This document shows positions 39,888 through 50,712 of a stretch of 64,000 bases of DNA, piece by piece (positions within the stretch are counted from its first letter, which is position 1; every line of letters begins with the position of its first letter). Under the pieces are notes generated by a model. That model was given only the letters and a program-made list of their open reading frames with translations. It was not told the origin of the DNA and searched no databases. The translations under genes and the position numbers were made by a program. The DNA comes from Promethearchaeota archaeon (GTDB lineage Archaea; Asgardarchaeota; Lokiarchaeia; Sigyniarchaeales; SOKP01), in the NCBI GenBank assembly GCA_029838195.1, contig JALGVJ010000001.1, forward strand, positions 96,001-160,000, in the 5' to 3' direction.

Positions 39888-41729
39888 TTAATATATTGTT
39901 TCTCCGGTTATTCTATCGACCTTAAAATGCCTGAATTTAGCGGAAGAGCGCCCTATTTCCTCTCTTTGTCGAATTTTATTTACCACTTCTTTTGGAAAAA
40001 GAGCCCGGGCAAGGTGAAGGATCATTTCTTTTGTTTCAATACAATTGAATAGTTTTAAAGATTCTAAAGAGTAGAAGATTTCACTAATTAAATCATAATT
40101 TACAGTTTCAGAAAAATCAACAAATTCTAAATTTCTATAAATTCTTGAAATAATGGTATCAATGAAATTGAAGGATTTTAGATCTTCTAAGGTATTTCGC
40201 ATGTAATTGCAGAAAAGGACGTAATAAGTAGCTTCCGAAGAGACAATTTCATCCCTGTGTTGCCTGATTCCTTCTGGAGTGACTCTTAGCTTAATTTCTT
40301 CCACGATAGCCTTGATATGTTGGGGATTGATTTTATCGAGAAACCCTAAAATTCTATAGATTTTTAAAATAACAACTAATTGTGAAGTTTCTAATTCTTT
40401 TAAATAAGAAGATTTAAAAAATTTGGACTCAGCTTGTACTAATCTTAATAATTGCTCTTCACTTAAGTGCCATTTTATCAGCGAAGTCGATTTTAGGAAA
40501 TAATAGATGCGGTCAGTTGCTTCGATAATCGGGGCTTCAAATTCATCTATGCATTCTTCATAAAGTTCTTCTAAAAAGGATTTTACTTTTACTTCATTTA
40601 TGTTAACCCCTAAATATTTCGATAAATAAATTCCACAGAAGTATATGTCCGGATTTTTTAAAGAGATGAGCGGTATGGATATTAACCATTTATCTAAGTT
40701 ATTTTTCAAGTAGTCCTTTAATGAAGTAAAGTTAAATAAATATTCGAGATTAAAAAAATTAATGATTCTAAAGATCAAGTAATTTAATTGAAGTTTATCT
40801 TGAATATCTTCAAGATTTTCTAATTTTTCTATTTTTTCTTTATTTTCTTGAAATTTTTGGATGATTCTATCCCGAATTTGAATATATTTTTTTAAATTCT
40901 CCGTTTTTTCGGATTTTTCCATGAGTTCTTTTAATTCTATTAATTCCATTGTAAATTCAATGGGTAAATATCCGCGAGCTTTTAGATTCAAGAGAACAAA
41001 AGTAGCATTAAGATCAACTAGATAATTCAAGACTTTTTCTAAGAAGATTTCATATAAGATGGGAGCGATTTTTTTCTTGTAAAGAACGATAGGAGAAGAA
41101 ATTGTGTTGTTCTCTTCCTTTTTGATTTTCAAAAAAGGATCCATGAATCGTGTTTCGATATATTCTTCCCTAAAACCTAAAGATATAAATTCTTTTTTTA
41201 AGAAATCCAAGAAATTTCTCTCTATTTCACTAATGACTTCAGTCATGTATTGAGAATCTTTTTTCTTTTTCAATTGGGGATGGAGTTTTCGCAATTCTTG
41301 TAACTTTTTTTTTTTAACCTCCCATTTTTCCTTCTTTATCTTCCATTCTTCAATCTTATTTTCTCTCTTTAATTGCCTTATTTCTCTTCTTAAATCTCTA
41401 GGTGTTTGATGATCTTTATCAAAAATACTGGTTAAAATTTCTTTAAAATGCGGATTTTCTTTTACCGATTCAATTATATGAAAATTAAGTGTTTGAATGG
41501 ATTCATTAAAATTTTTTAGAGAATTATTATTTAATTGTTTTAACTTCTCTTTAAAAAAGTTTTTCATCTCTAAATATCTCTCACCAAAAAAACTCTTAAA
41601 TTCTTTCCAGAAATAATCATCTAAAGAAGCATAAAATAAATCAATATTATCTAAATAAAGGTCAAGTATGTTAAAAAGCCCTTGAATGAGCATAGTCATC
41701 CACGTATGTTCTAATAAAATGTAGTCCAA
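39888..41729 (-). CDS. Hypothetical helical protein, possible prenyltransferase-like alpha/alpha repeats at the C-terminus
   Basis: 613-aa ORF; repeated helices ending in Y..L (e.g. GIRQ..SSEATYYVL, SEIFYSLESLKL). Confidence 0.7.
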   Translation of the reverse strand: MDYILLEHTWMTMLIQGLFNILDLYLDNIDLFYASLDDYFWKEFKSFFGERYLEMKNFFKEKLKQLNNNSLKNFNESIQTLNFHIIESVKENPHFKEILTSIFDKDHQTPRDLRREIRQLKRENKIEEWKIKKEKWEVKKKKLQELRKLHPQLKKKKDSQYMTEVISEIERNFLDFLKKEFISLGFREEYIETRFMDPFLKIKKEENNTISSPIVLYKKKIAPILYEIFLEKVLNYLVDLNATFVLLNLKARGYLPIEFTMELIELKELMEKSEKTENLKKYIQIRDRIIQKFQENKEKIEKLENLEDIQDKLQLNYLIFRIINFFNLEYLFNFTSLKDYLKNNLDKWLISIPLISLKNPDIYFCGIYLSKYLGVNINEVKVKSFLEELYEECIDEFEAPIIEATDRIYYFLKSTSLIKWHLSEEQLLRLVQAESKFFKSSYLKELETSQLVVILKIYRILGFLDKINPQHIKAIVEEIKLRVTPEGIRQHRDEIVSSEATYYVLFCNYMRNTLEDLKSFNFIDTIISRIYRNLEFVDFSETVNYDLISEIFYSLESLKLFNCIETKEMILHLARALFPKEVVNKIRQREEIGRSSAKFRHFKVDRITGETIY

Positions 41730-42179
41730 TAACCTACAATTACTATTACAATAATATAATACATGAAATTAATAATTTATCATTACAATTTATTCAAAAT
41801 AATTTTTTTATTGATTTAGTTTTTATTAATTATTTTCATCCTTTTTATAAGCATTTATAAAAATATTTTGAAAATCTTTTAAACCTCACTTTCAAATCTA
41901 AAATTGGGACATTCCTTTCATGACATGATGATATTGGGAAAAAAAATCATTAGCTTACCATGAACTTATTTGTATATATAAAAAGAACAAGATCTCATGG
42001 TTTTCCTCTTTTCTTTTTCCAAACTCAACACGTTTTTCGGTGTTAGTAATAATCGATTTAAGCTATAAAGTTTAAAAATTAAGATTTCTTCAATTTACTT
42101 ATAATTATAAAGTTTATTTAACTAAATAGAAGAGTATTTTATCTTATTTTAAATTAGTATTATTATTTATCAAGTTAAA

Positions 42180-43610
42180 ATGACGAGTAATATATTTGGA
42201 ACTTCAGGAATTCGTCGAGTTTTTTTAAATTATAGTGAATCTGATTTAGTTTTCACACCTCAGATGGCTTTAGAAGTAGGTTTAGCCTTGGGAACATATT
42301 TAAACGGCGAGGGCACCGTAGTAATCGGAAGAGATATTCGAACCTCAGCCCTCCCAATTGAATATGCTTTAATTTCCGGAGTTATTAGCACGGGGTGTAA
42401 AGTTAAGACTTTAGGAATCGTAACGACCCCAACCTTAGCAATGTCCTTGCGATATTTAGATGCTTCTGCGGGGTGCATGATCACGGCATCTCATAACACT
42501 CCGGAATATATTGGATTGAAGATTTGGAATCCTTCTGGAATGGGCTACACCACGGAACAAGAAGAGAAAATTTCCAAGATTTATGACACTAAAGCGTTCA
42601 TAAAAAAAGAATGGAATGAGGTTGGAAAAGTTACTCCGGTTCCTGATATTAATGACATTCATATTTCCGAAATCAAATCTCGCATTGAATTTGATGGAAG
42701 CAACTTAAATGTAATTGTAGATCCTGGAAATGGCGCCGGTTGTGAAATCGTTCCTAAATTATTGGGGAGTTATAATGTAAATGTTATAACATTGAACTCC
42801 CAAATGGATGGAAAATTCCCAGGCCGGTATTCTGAACCGAATAAAGAAAATTTAAAGCAAATATCTTTATTTTTAAAAGCCTCAGATCAAGAAGATATCG
42901 GAATTGCCCTGGATGGAGATGCGGATAGAGTGATATTTCTAGATGAGGACGGGGAAATCGTTGATCCCATACGACTTTTTGCGTTAATGGCAAAATACTA
43001 TTTAGAAAAGTATAAGGGTACCAAAATCACGGAGGAAAAAATGACTGTAGTTACACCCATTAATTCCTCAAGCCTAGTTGAGGATGTATTAACGCCATTA
43101 GGATGCAAAGTATTGCGCACTGAAGTAGGGGATATAAAAGTGGCAATCGCATTAAAACAATGTGGTGGATTCGTAGGAGGTGAGAATTCCGGTACCTATA
43201 TTTGGCCAAGCACTCATTATGGACCGGATTCAATTGTCACTATCGCAAAAGTTTTACAAATGATAATTCAAACAGAAAAAACATTAAAAGAATTGTTAAA
43301 AGATATACCCAATTATCCATATTATAACACTAATCATCGATTAAAGCGGGATATTCCTTTCACTGATAACATTATCGAAAAAATCATTAAAGAGATGAAA
43401 GATGCGACAAAAGAGATGAATAATTCCATTAAAAAAATAATACGGATTGATGGAGTACGTTTTGACTTTAATGATGGATGGTTGCTAATCCGACGGTCTG
43501 GTACCAGTCCCTATCTGAGAATTTCTGGAGAATCCACTACAAATTTGGAACGATCTATCGAAATGAATACTATCGCTACGGAAAGGATGAAAAAATTAGA
43601 CCTTATTTAG
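42180..43610 (+). CDS. glmM: Phosphoglucosamine mutase / phosphohexomutase
   Basis: FGTSGIR, TASHN, DGDADR, GGENSG, RRSGT; adjacent to glmS/glmU. Confidence 0.85.
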   Translation: MTSNIFGTSGIRRVFLNYSESDLVFTPQMALEVGLALGTYLNGEGTVVIGRDIRTSALPIEYALISGVISTGCKVKTLGIVTTPTLAMSLRYLDASAGCMITASHNTPEYIGLKIWNPSGMGYTTEQEEKISKIYDTKAFIKKEWNEVGKVTPVPDINDIHISEIKSRIEFDGSNLNVIVDPGNGAGCEIVPKLLGSYNVNVITLNSQMDGKFPGRYSEPNKENLKQISLFLKASDQEDIGIALDGDADRVIFLDEDGEIVDPIRLFALMAKYYLEKYKGTKITEEKMTVVTPINSSSLVEDVLTPLGCKVLRTEVGDIKVAIALKQCGGFVGGENSGTYIWPSTHYGPDSIVTIAKVLQMIIQTEKTLKELLKDIPNYPYYNTNHRLKRDIPFTDNIIEKIIKEMKDATKEMNNSIKKIIRIDGVRFDFNDGWLLIRRSGTSPYLRISGESTTNLERSIEMNTIATERMKKLDLI

Positions 43611-43655
43611 AATCAATAGTTTACTTAAGCCTGTTCTTAATCTTATTTCTTCTCT

Positions 43656-44750
43656 TTAAATTCCTGAAATCTTAGATAAAAATTTGGGTTGATCAGGGTC
43701 CAAGTTTTTTAATTTTGCTATTTCTAATGTTAGTAAGAATACAGCTAAAATCATTAAAATGGGTTGAATGTCAGGAGACGTGTTGGGTACGGGAATGCCA
43801 TAATCTATTGGTTCGGGTATCTCATTGAAACTAGTGGATTCAAAAACGGCTAAAATTGTTGCTCTTCTCTCTTTAATTCTTTTAAGTAAATTAATTAATT
43901 TTATTTTTCTTTTATCCTCTTCATGGGGGATGATGGCTAAAATCCACGCTCGAGGATCTGCTAAAGTAATGGGGCCATGAGGAAATTCCGCTGTCGCATA
44001 GGCTTGACCAAAGATCCTCGCACCTTCTTTTAATTTAAGCGATGCTTCCATCGCAGTAGCATAATCTGGACCAGCTCCTAAAATGAAACAAAATTCTGCA
44101 AATTTAAAATAATTGGATAATCTTTTAATTCGTTTATGAAGTTTAGGAAGTAAGGTTTGAATTATTTTTGGTAAGCTTTTCAATTCATTTATTAAATTAT
44201 CATGATCTTCAAGAGAAATGGTTTTTTTTATTAAAGCGATTTCGAGCGAAAGTAAAATTAGAACCAATAATTCAGAAACATAAGTTTTAGTTGCTAAAAC
44301 ACTTTTTTCTTTATTACATTTTAAAGAAATAGCATGATCGCAAGTTTTAGCAAGAGTAGAATTTAAATCATTTGTAATTCCAATCGTTAAGCACCCAATG
44401 GATTTTGCAATTTTTATGGATTCAATGGTATCACGGGTTTCTCCACTCTGAGACAAACCAATCACGCAATCATTTTCCTGAAGAATGGGTTTTATCATGT
44501 ACTGGAATTCCATTGCATATTCCGTAAAAGTAGGTATTTTAGTTATTTTATTAAATAAATAAGCAACAGCAAATCCTGCGTTATAAGAGCTTCCCGCTCC
44601 GATTAGGTATAAGTGTTTTATATTTCTATCTGTAATTTTTCCTGCTATACTATTAATCTGCGGTAAATCATCAAGAACCCTCTGTAGGACGTGGGGAATT
44701 TCATAAATTTCTGTTTCTGTATATTCACCTAATTTTTTTGACGAGGTCAT
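43656..44750 (-). CDS. SIS-domain-only GlmS homologue (GlmD-like glucosamine-6-P deaminase/isomerase)
   Basis: GAGSS, SQSGET, ATKTY, LKLKE, HGP, PDQPKFLSK; no glutaminase domain. Confidence 0.85.
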   Translation of the reverse strand: MTSSKKLGEYTETEIYEIPHVLQRVLDDLPQINSIAGKITDRNIKHLYLIGAGSSYNAGFAVAYLFNKITKIPTFTEYAMEFQYMIKPILQENDCVIGLSQSGETRDTIESIKIAKSIGCLTIGITNDLNSTLAKTCDHAISLKCNKEKSVLATKTYVSELLVLILLSLEIALIKKTISLEDHDNLINELKSLPKIIQTLLPKLHKRIKRLSNYFKFAEFCFILGAGPDYATAMEASLKLKEGARIFGQAYATAEFPHGPITLADPRAWILAIIPHEEDKRKIKLINLLKRIKERRATILAVFESTSFNEIPEPIDYGIPVPNTSPDIQPILMILAVFLLTLEIAKLKNLDPDQPKFLSKISGI

Positions 44751-44901
44751 GAAAAAAGCCGAAAGAAAATTCGAATTCTTTGATTATATTAGTTAAATTA
44801 ATATAAAGAATTTTCACTAAAATTCATTATATTCCATGAATTAATCTAATTACTCATCTTATAAATTTTCGATCAATTAACATGTAGGACTTTTTAAGAG
44901 C

Positions 44902-46749
44902 ATGTGCGGCATTTTTGGCTTAATAACAAATCAAGAAATCGATATTGGTAAAATTACATTAGAGAGCATTAAACGATTGGAATATCGTGGTTATGACTCT
45001 TGCGGGGTCGCTACTATTACGGATGGAAAGCTTTTTATCAAAAAAGATGCGGGAAAGATTGATGAAATCCATAAAAAATTGAAATTGGACAGTTTTCCAA
45101 ATGGATCCAAATTAGCTGTAGCTCATACTCGATGGGCCACGCATGGTCCTCCTACTAAAATTAATAGCCATCCTCATGTGGATTGCTCCAATAAAATTGC
45201 GATTTGTCATAATGGTATTATTGATAATTTTATTGAATTAAAAGAAGATTTAATCTCTAAAGGACATGAATTTAAATCCGAAACCGATACTGAAGTGATT
45301 GCCCATTTAATCGAAGAATTCATGAACATGGGATTAGATTTCAAAGAAGCATCTAAAGAAGCGATGAAAAAATGTGTTGGGGGCTTTGCAATTGTCGCGT
45401 GTCACGTGGATTACCCCAATTATTTAATTGTAGTAAGAAAAGAATCGCCTTTAATCGTAGGGATTGAAGAGGGAAAAACGGCTTATTGTGCTTCCGATAT
45501 CCCTGCTTTTCTCCCTTATACACGTAAATGTTACGTGTTAAATGATAATGAAATGGCTGTATTGCGGGCTGGAGAAGTAGAATTTTATTCATTGCAAGAG
45601 GAGAAAAAAATATCAAAAGAACTCCAAGAAATAGAATGGAGCATTGATGCCGCAGAAAAAGGGGGTTATGATCATTTCATGTTAAAAGAAATTCATGAAG
45701 AACCTTTAGCTCTTCGGAAAACCTTAAAAATTCCTAAAGATGAGATTCAAAAATTTGCTAAAATTCTTGTTAATTCAGAAAAAATTTACATCACTGCCGC
45801 AGGTACCTCTTTTTATGCCTCTTTAGCTGGAAAATTTATTATCACGCGCTTTTTAGGTAAATACATTGAAGCCATTGAATGTTCCGAATTTCAAATCCAA
45901 TTGGAAGATTGCATGGAGAACAATGCTGCGGTAATTGCTGTATCCCAATCAGGTGAAACCATTGATTTAATTGAAGCCGTGCGCTGGGCAAAAGAAAAAA
46001 AGAATGCTAAAATTTTAGCCATTACAAATATCGTGGGCTCTTCTCTTACTAGATATTCTGATGAAGCCATCGTAACAAGAGCTGGCCCAGAAATTGGAGT
46101 AGCCGCAACAAAAACTTATAGCACTCAAGTGCTAACCCTCGCAATAATCGCCCTCGAAATAGCTGAAATCTTGAAATCCATTCCCGATGAAGAACTAGAA
46201 AAATATCGCAAGGCTCTAGCAAAAACCCCGGATATCGTAGAACATTTATTAAATAATGATATTAAAAAATTAAAAAAAATCGTAAGAAATCTCGAAAAAA
46301 GCCATAACTTTTTCTTTTTAGCGAGAGGAATCTCCATTGCTACCGCAAAAGAAGGCGGATTAAAGTTAAAAGAAATAGCATGCCGCTTTGTTGAAGGATA
46401 TTCCGCAGCACACGCAAAACATGGCCCCATCTCTTTAGTAAGAAAAGGGTTTCCCATCATCTTTATAGCTCCTCCGGATGAAACGTATGAACGATTAGTG
46501 GGAAACGTGATGGAATTTAAAGCAAGAGGCGGTCTAATTATTTCTGTAGTCGTTGAAAGCGATAAAATCATTTCAGAATTAAGTGATATCACGATACGTA
46601 TTGATCAACCCGCAAGTAAATATTTTAATTTGTTTACTCCCATAACATTCATTCCAGCGCTTCAACTTTTAGCCTATTTTTATGCTGTTTATGTAGGATT
46701 AAATCCGGATCAGCCTCAAAATCTTGCAAAAACCGTTACCGTTCATTAA
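44902..46749 (+). CDS. glmS: Glutamine-fructose-6-phosphate transaminase (isomerizing)
   Basis: MCGIFG, EYRGYDS, HTRWATHG, SQSGET, KHGP, NLAKTVTV. Confidence 0.97.
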   Translation: MCGIFGLITNQEIDIGKITLESIKRLEYRGYDSCGVATITDGKLFIKKDAGKIDEIHKKLKLDSFPNGSKLAVAHTRWATHGPPTKINSHPHVDCSNKIAICHNGIIDNFIELKEDLISKGHEFKSETDTEVIAHLIEEFMNMGLDFKEASKEAMKKCVGGFAIVACHVDYPNYLIVVRKESPLIVGIEEGKTAYCASDIPAFLPYTRKCYVLNDNEMAVLRAGEVEFYSLQEEKKISKELQEIEWSIDAAEKGGYDHFMLKEIHEEPLALRKTLKIPKDEIQKFAKILVNSEKIYITAAGTSFYASLAGKFIITRFLGKYIEAIECSEFQIQLEDCMENNAAVIAVSQSGETIDLIEAVRWAKEKKNAKILAITNIVGSSLTRYSDEAIVTRAGPEIGVAATKTYSTQVLTLAIIALEIAEILKSIPDEELEKYRKALAKTPDIVEHLLNNDIKKLKKIVRNLEKSHNFFFLARGISIATAKEGGLKLKEIACRFVEGYSAAHAKHGPISLVRKGFPIIFIAPPDETYERLVGNVMEFKARGGLIISVVVESDKIISELSDITIRIDQPASKYFNLFTPITFIPALQLLAYFYAVYVGLNPDQPQNLAKTVTVH

Positions 46750-46848
46750 CTCTTATAAAATGTTTCTATTTAAAATTAATAGCATGTTTAAAAACATCGT
46801 TCAAAAAAAATCCTTAAATTTGATATCGATAAATTTTGAAATATACCA

Positions 46849-48153
46849 TTAAATGAATGGATTCTTCTTTATGGTTAATCCTTCTTTAGGATCATGATAA
46901 CAGAGTGAATTTGGAGGAAGATCTTCTACGACAAGGGTATGAGCCCCAATGATCGAATTTACTCCTATTTTTTTGCCGCACATGATGCTGGCATTGATGC
47001 CCGTTTGAACTCTTGACCCGATAATAGCTCCCAATTTCCTTCTTCCTGAATCCATCACGGTTCCTTTAATGGTCATTTTAATACTTTTATTATCAAAACG
47101 AAGATTAGATATTTTTGTTCCAGCACCTAAATTTACATGGTCGCAGATGATTGAATCTCCCACGTAATTAAAATGGGGAATGTTTGTATGAGAGAATATG
47201 ATTGAATTTTTAACTTCACTCATTCCAACATGGCAATTATCCCCTATGGACGTGTTAGGCCTAATAAATGCATTAGGGCCAATTAAACAATGGTTTCCTA
47301 TATAACATGGCCCTTGAAGAGTTGTTCCGGTTTTAATCGTCGTGTCTTTCCCTATATATACATTTCCCGTTATGGAAACATTCGCTTCAATGGTTCCATG
47401 GTGTTCTCCCTTGAGATTTTTCAAAATATATTCATTTGCCTCTAATAATTGCCATGGCAAACCAATATCGCTCCAAAACTTATCTTTTATCACGTATCCT
47501 AAAATGTCTCCGGAAAATTCCTTAATTAATATTTCCATGGAATCAGTAAATTCATATTCTCCTCTAACAGATTTTTTAGTTTTCTCAATTGCCTTAAAAA
47601 TTAGGGGATCAAAAATATAAATTCCCGCGTTAGCTAAATTTCCCACATTTAATTCAAGAGTTGGTTTTTCCGTAATTTTTACTACTTTATTTTCCGAATT
47701 TAATGTTATGATTCCAAAAGCTTGGGGATTATCTACTTCTTTAAGAGAAATGAGCCCTTTTACATCATTTTTTTCGTACTCTTGGATGATTTCTTCAAAG
47801 ACTTGGGGATCCACTAATAAATCACCATACATTAGCAAGAAGGGGTCATTCCATGCGAACTCTTTAGCAAGGCGCGCCGCATGTGCAGTACCTAAATACT
47901 CTTCTTGGGTCGTATATTTAATATCTATTTCTAAGGTTTTGCTTACTTTATCAAAATAATCCTTAATGATCTCTTTTTTATATCCGACAATCAATAATAC
48001 AGTCTGGATACCCGCTTGTTTTAATCCTAAAATAGCATGTTCCAGTAAGGGTTTTCCGGCTAAAGGAATCATGGGTTTAGGAAGAGCAGAGGTAATTGGG
48101 CGAAGTCGGTTTCCTTCTCCTGCAACTAATAAGACGGCTTTATTTATTTCCAT
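46849..48153 (-). CDS. glmU: Archaeal bifunctional sugar-1-P nucleotidylyltransferase/acetyltransferase
   Basis: AGEGNRLRPIT..PKP, hexapeptide repeats, HFNYVGDSI, NLRFD, GRRKLGA. Confidence 0.92.
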   Translation of the reverse strand: MEINKAVLLVAGEGNRLRPITSALPKPMIPLAGKPLLEHAILGLKQAGIQTVLLIVGYKKEIIKDYFDKVSKTLEIDIKYTTQEEYLGTAHAARLAKEFAWNDPFLLMYGDLLVDPQVFEEIIQEYEKNDVKGLISLKEVDNPQAFGIITLNSENKVVKITEKPTLELNVGNLANAGIYIFDPLIFKAIEKTKKSVRGEYEFTDSMEILIKEFSGDILGYVIKDKFWSDIGLPWQLLEANEYILKNLKGEHHGTIEANVSITGNVYIGKDTTIKTGTTLQGPCYIGNHCLIGPNAFIRPNTSIGDNCHVGMSEVKNSIIFSHTNIPHFNYVGDSIICDHVNLGAGTKISNLRFDNKSIKMTIKGTVMDSGRRKLGAIIGSRVQTGINASIMCGKKIGVNSIIGAHTLVVEDLPPNSLCYHDPKEGLTIKKNPFI

Positions 48154-48189
48154 GAGTTTAAAAATTCAAAAAATTTAAAAAAATTTTAT

Positions 48190-49686
48190 TTATTCTACTG
48201 AATAAACTTTAAAAAAATGAGCATTCCATGGATTTAAATCAATATAGAGCCCATATGCTTGTAAATCTTCTCCTTTATATTTATAACTTTTGCCATTCAT
48301 GATATCTTCAAAAATCCAATAGTCATGCCCAAAATTGATGTTAGGGATTCTCAAGTGGCATTGCGAGGGATAAGAACTATAATTGATGACTAACAAAACG
48401 CGCTCTTTTCTTGTAAACCAAGTATAAGAAATGATGTTCTCATTAGTCCTATTAATAGTATTAATGGCTTGTGCTTCGCATGGGTTCCAATTACCACTAA
48501 TAAAAGGCTCCAAGGATAAATTCTCTAATATCAACTGATAATGCTGGTAGATGGAAGTTCTTAACGCTTCTCTCGGTTTTCTTCCTAATTGAACGGGAAT
48601 TTTAATTTGATTTCCTTCCATTTGCCCATCATGGATTAATTTGGCTCCAGGTAGAGTCAAAATAATGAACGCAGCGGCTTTTGATTTTTCTTTACCAAAT
48701 GCTTTAATTGCTCTCTGTTCATCGTGATTTTCAATGAATCGAAGAAGCTTCACTTGGTAATCCCAATCCGCCCTTAAATATTCTCTAACTGAGCTTGGTG
48801 AGTCGTGGAGCAATCGATCATATAATTTTTTATCATAAACTAAGTCAAAACCTTGTTGCATCAATTCCCATTCTGTATTCCAATAGGCTTCCGCAATAAA
48901 TTTGAAATTGGGCGTGTTTTTTCGAACCATGCTTATTATTTCACTCCAAAATTCCTTTCGGGGGCAAGATCCCGCTTTTTCTCCCCATGTCTCATGAAAA
49001 ATATTGCTCATCACGAGCATTGCCATGTCACACCGAACGCCATCACATAATTGGGCAATTTTCAAAATGGTTTTAATAGCTAATTCTCGCGCTTTTGGAG
49101 AAAAAGCATTAATTTGAACCGTGTCCGTCCAGGGTGGAAAATAAGGATCTTTTCCGTGAGCATATACCCATTCTTTTACCTTATAAAAATCATAGGGTTG
49201 AGAAATCAAATCTTCCTCTGTTCCTTGAATGAAAATTTCAGGATGGGTCAATGTCCATTCATGATCAATCGCCACATGATTAGGAACATGATCTAAAATT
49301 AAAAATAAGTGGCGGTTTTTTAGATTTTCGCGAAAGATCACCAACCCTTTATTCCCTCCCAAATTTTTATCGACATCATAAGCATGTATGGCATAGGGAG
49401 AGCCAACCACATCCCTTTCAGAATTAAAATCATTTAATGCATTTTGATACTCTTTTATTAACCCTGGATGAGAATTCGCTATGGCTTTCCCTTTTGGACT
49501 TCTCTCCCATACCCCCATGAGCCAAATGGCATCAAAATATTTGAATTTTTTATCAAAAATTTCCTCCGGAACGGTGGCTAATGTAATTGGTTGATAATAT
49601 TCCTCTGAGAGGCTGGTCAGCCACTGCCAAGCGTTTATCTCAAGGATTTTTGGTTGGAACGGCCATTTATTCTCTTTAAAACTCAT
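48190..49686 (-). CDS. GH13 alpha-amylase family glycoside hydrolase
   Basis: DHVPNH, catalytic RCDMAM / AEAYW / ENHDE. Confidence 0.92.
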   Translation of the reverse strand: MSFKENKWPFQPKILEINAWQWLTSLSEEYYQPITLATVPEEIFDKKFKYFDAIWLMGVWERSPKGKAIANSHPGLIKEYQNALNDFNSERDVVGSPYAIHAYDVDKNLGGNKGLVIFRENLKNRHLFLILDHVPNHVAIDHEWTLTHPEIFIQGTEEDLISQPYDFYKVKEWVYAHGKDPYFPPWTDTVQINAFSPKARELAIKTILKIAQLCDGVRCDMAMLVMSNIFHETWGEKAGSCPRKEFWSEIISMVRKNTPNFKFIAEAYWNTEWELMQQGFDLVYDKKLYDRLLHDSPSSVREYLRADWDYQVKLLRFIENHDEQRAIKAFGKEKSKAAAFIILTLPGAKLIHDGQMEGNQIKIPVQLGRKPREALRTSIYQHYQLILENLSLEPFISGNWNPCEAQAINTINRTNENIISYTWFTRKERVLLVINYSSYPSQCHLRIPNINFGHDYWIFEDIMNGKSYKYKGEDLQAYGLYIDLNPWNAHFFKVYSVE

Positions 49687-49955
49687 TACAATAATGAAAT
49701 GTAACCATTTTAGATTTAACTTTATTTACTAATTTAATAAAAAAGAGGTAATTTAAATTAACCTAAAGAAATTGTAGTTTCTTCGGCACACCAAGTAGAA
49801 TTTACAATCAAATTTTTGCTTTCCATACGCTTAAATCATGATTCAGCTCTTTTATTAGATGAGCTATAATTCATGAAAAAATGAATTTAAGATAAATTTA
49901 AATTTCAATTTAATTATTATAAGTATAAGAATTTTTCAAGAATGTAGAAGGAAAA

Positions 49956-50528
49956 ATGAGCGATCAAGAAAAAGAAAGCTTGCGAAAATTAATAATGCTA
50001 ATCTCTGAATTAAGAGCTAAAGATGAAGAACGCTATGAAGCCCACGTCCAATTCATGAACGAGACAATAAAAATGATTAGTGCGATCGAAAGTCAATTGA
50101 ATAAACATTGGAATACCGTCTTAGAATCTTTACGTGAATTAAACGAAAATATTAGTACAAATTTGGATTCTCTTCTTACTGGCATCAATCCTAAAGGATT
50201 AAAAGAAACTTCCAAATCTTTACAAGAAATCATGGATACCATGAATAGAAGCGTTCAATCAATGAATCTCGAGAAAGTTCTGAGTGAATTAAAATTATTG
50301 AAAAGCATGGCGCTTGGAAAAACTCCTCCCTTAAGTAGCGCTCAAGAAGTGGAACAAATTAGTGCTGGAATGGGACTCACTCCTCCCGGACTAAAAGCAC
50401 CTTCACCCACCGCTACAACCTCAACAGATGCCACTACTGAATGGGTTGACCCTCATGAAGCTAAAAAAAAGAAAGAAGAAGAGGAAGAGCCTCATTTATT
50501 AAAACCATCAGACTTCTTTGGTTCTTAA
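49956..50528 (+). CDS. Hypothetical protein: helical N-half and disordered tail ending KPSDFFGS
   Basis: 190-aa ORF; amphipathic helices to about residue 120, then a Pro/Thr/Glu-rich tail. Confidence 0.8.
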   Translation: MSDQEKESLRKLIMLISELRAKDEERYEAHVQFMNETIKMISAIESQLNKHWNTVLESLRELNENISTNLDSLLTGINPKGLKETSKSLQEIMDTMNRSVQSMNLEKVLSELKLLKSMALGKTPPLSSAQEVEQISAGMGLTPPGLKAPSPTATTSTDATTEWVDPHEAKKKKEEEEEPHLLKPSDFFGS

Positions 50529-50712
50529 TTTTAAATAGCCCTATGCCTGTATTCAATTAGGGAATCAAAATTATTTTTTATGAAAATAAATTTTCGAGCA
50601 TTCAGTTCAATTATTCATGCTTCCTGTTCTAACCTATCTCCAACCTTTTACTGATAATCCACAATTGTTCATGGTAATGCGATATGAGATCAATCAATAA
50701 TGCTCGATGAAG

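Noticed and set aside
50490-50528. PIP box at the KPSDFF terminus
   Set aside because: Lacks the Gln and has Pro at the aliphatic position of QxxLxxFF.
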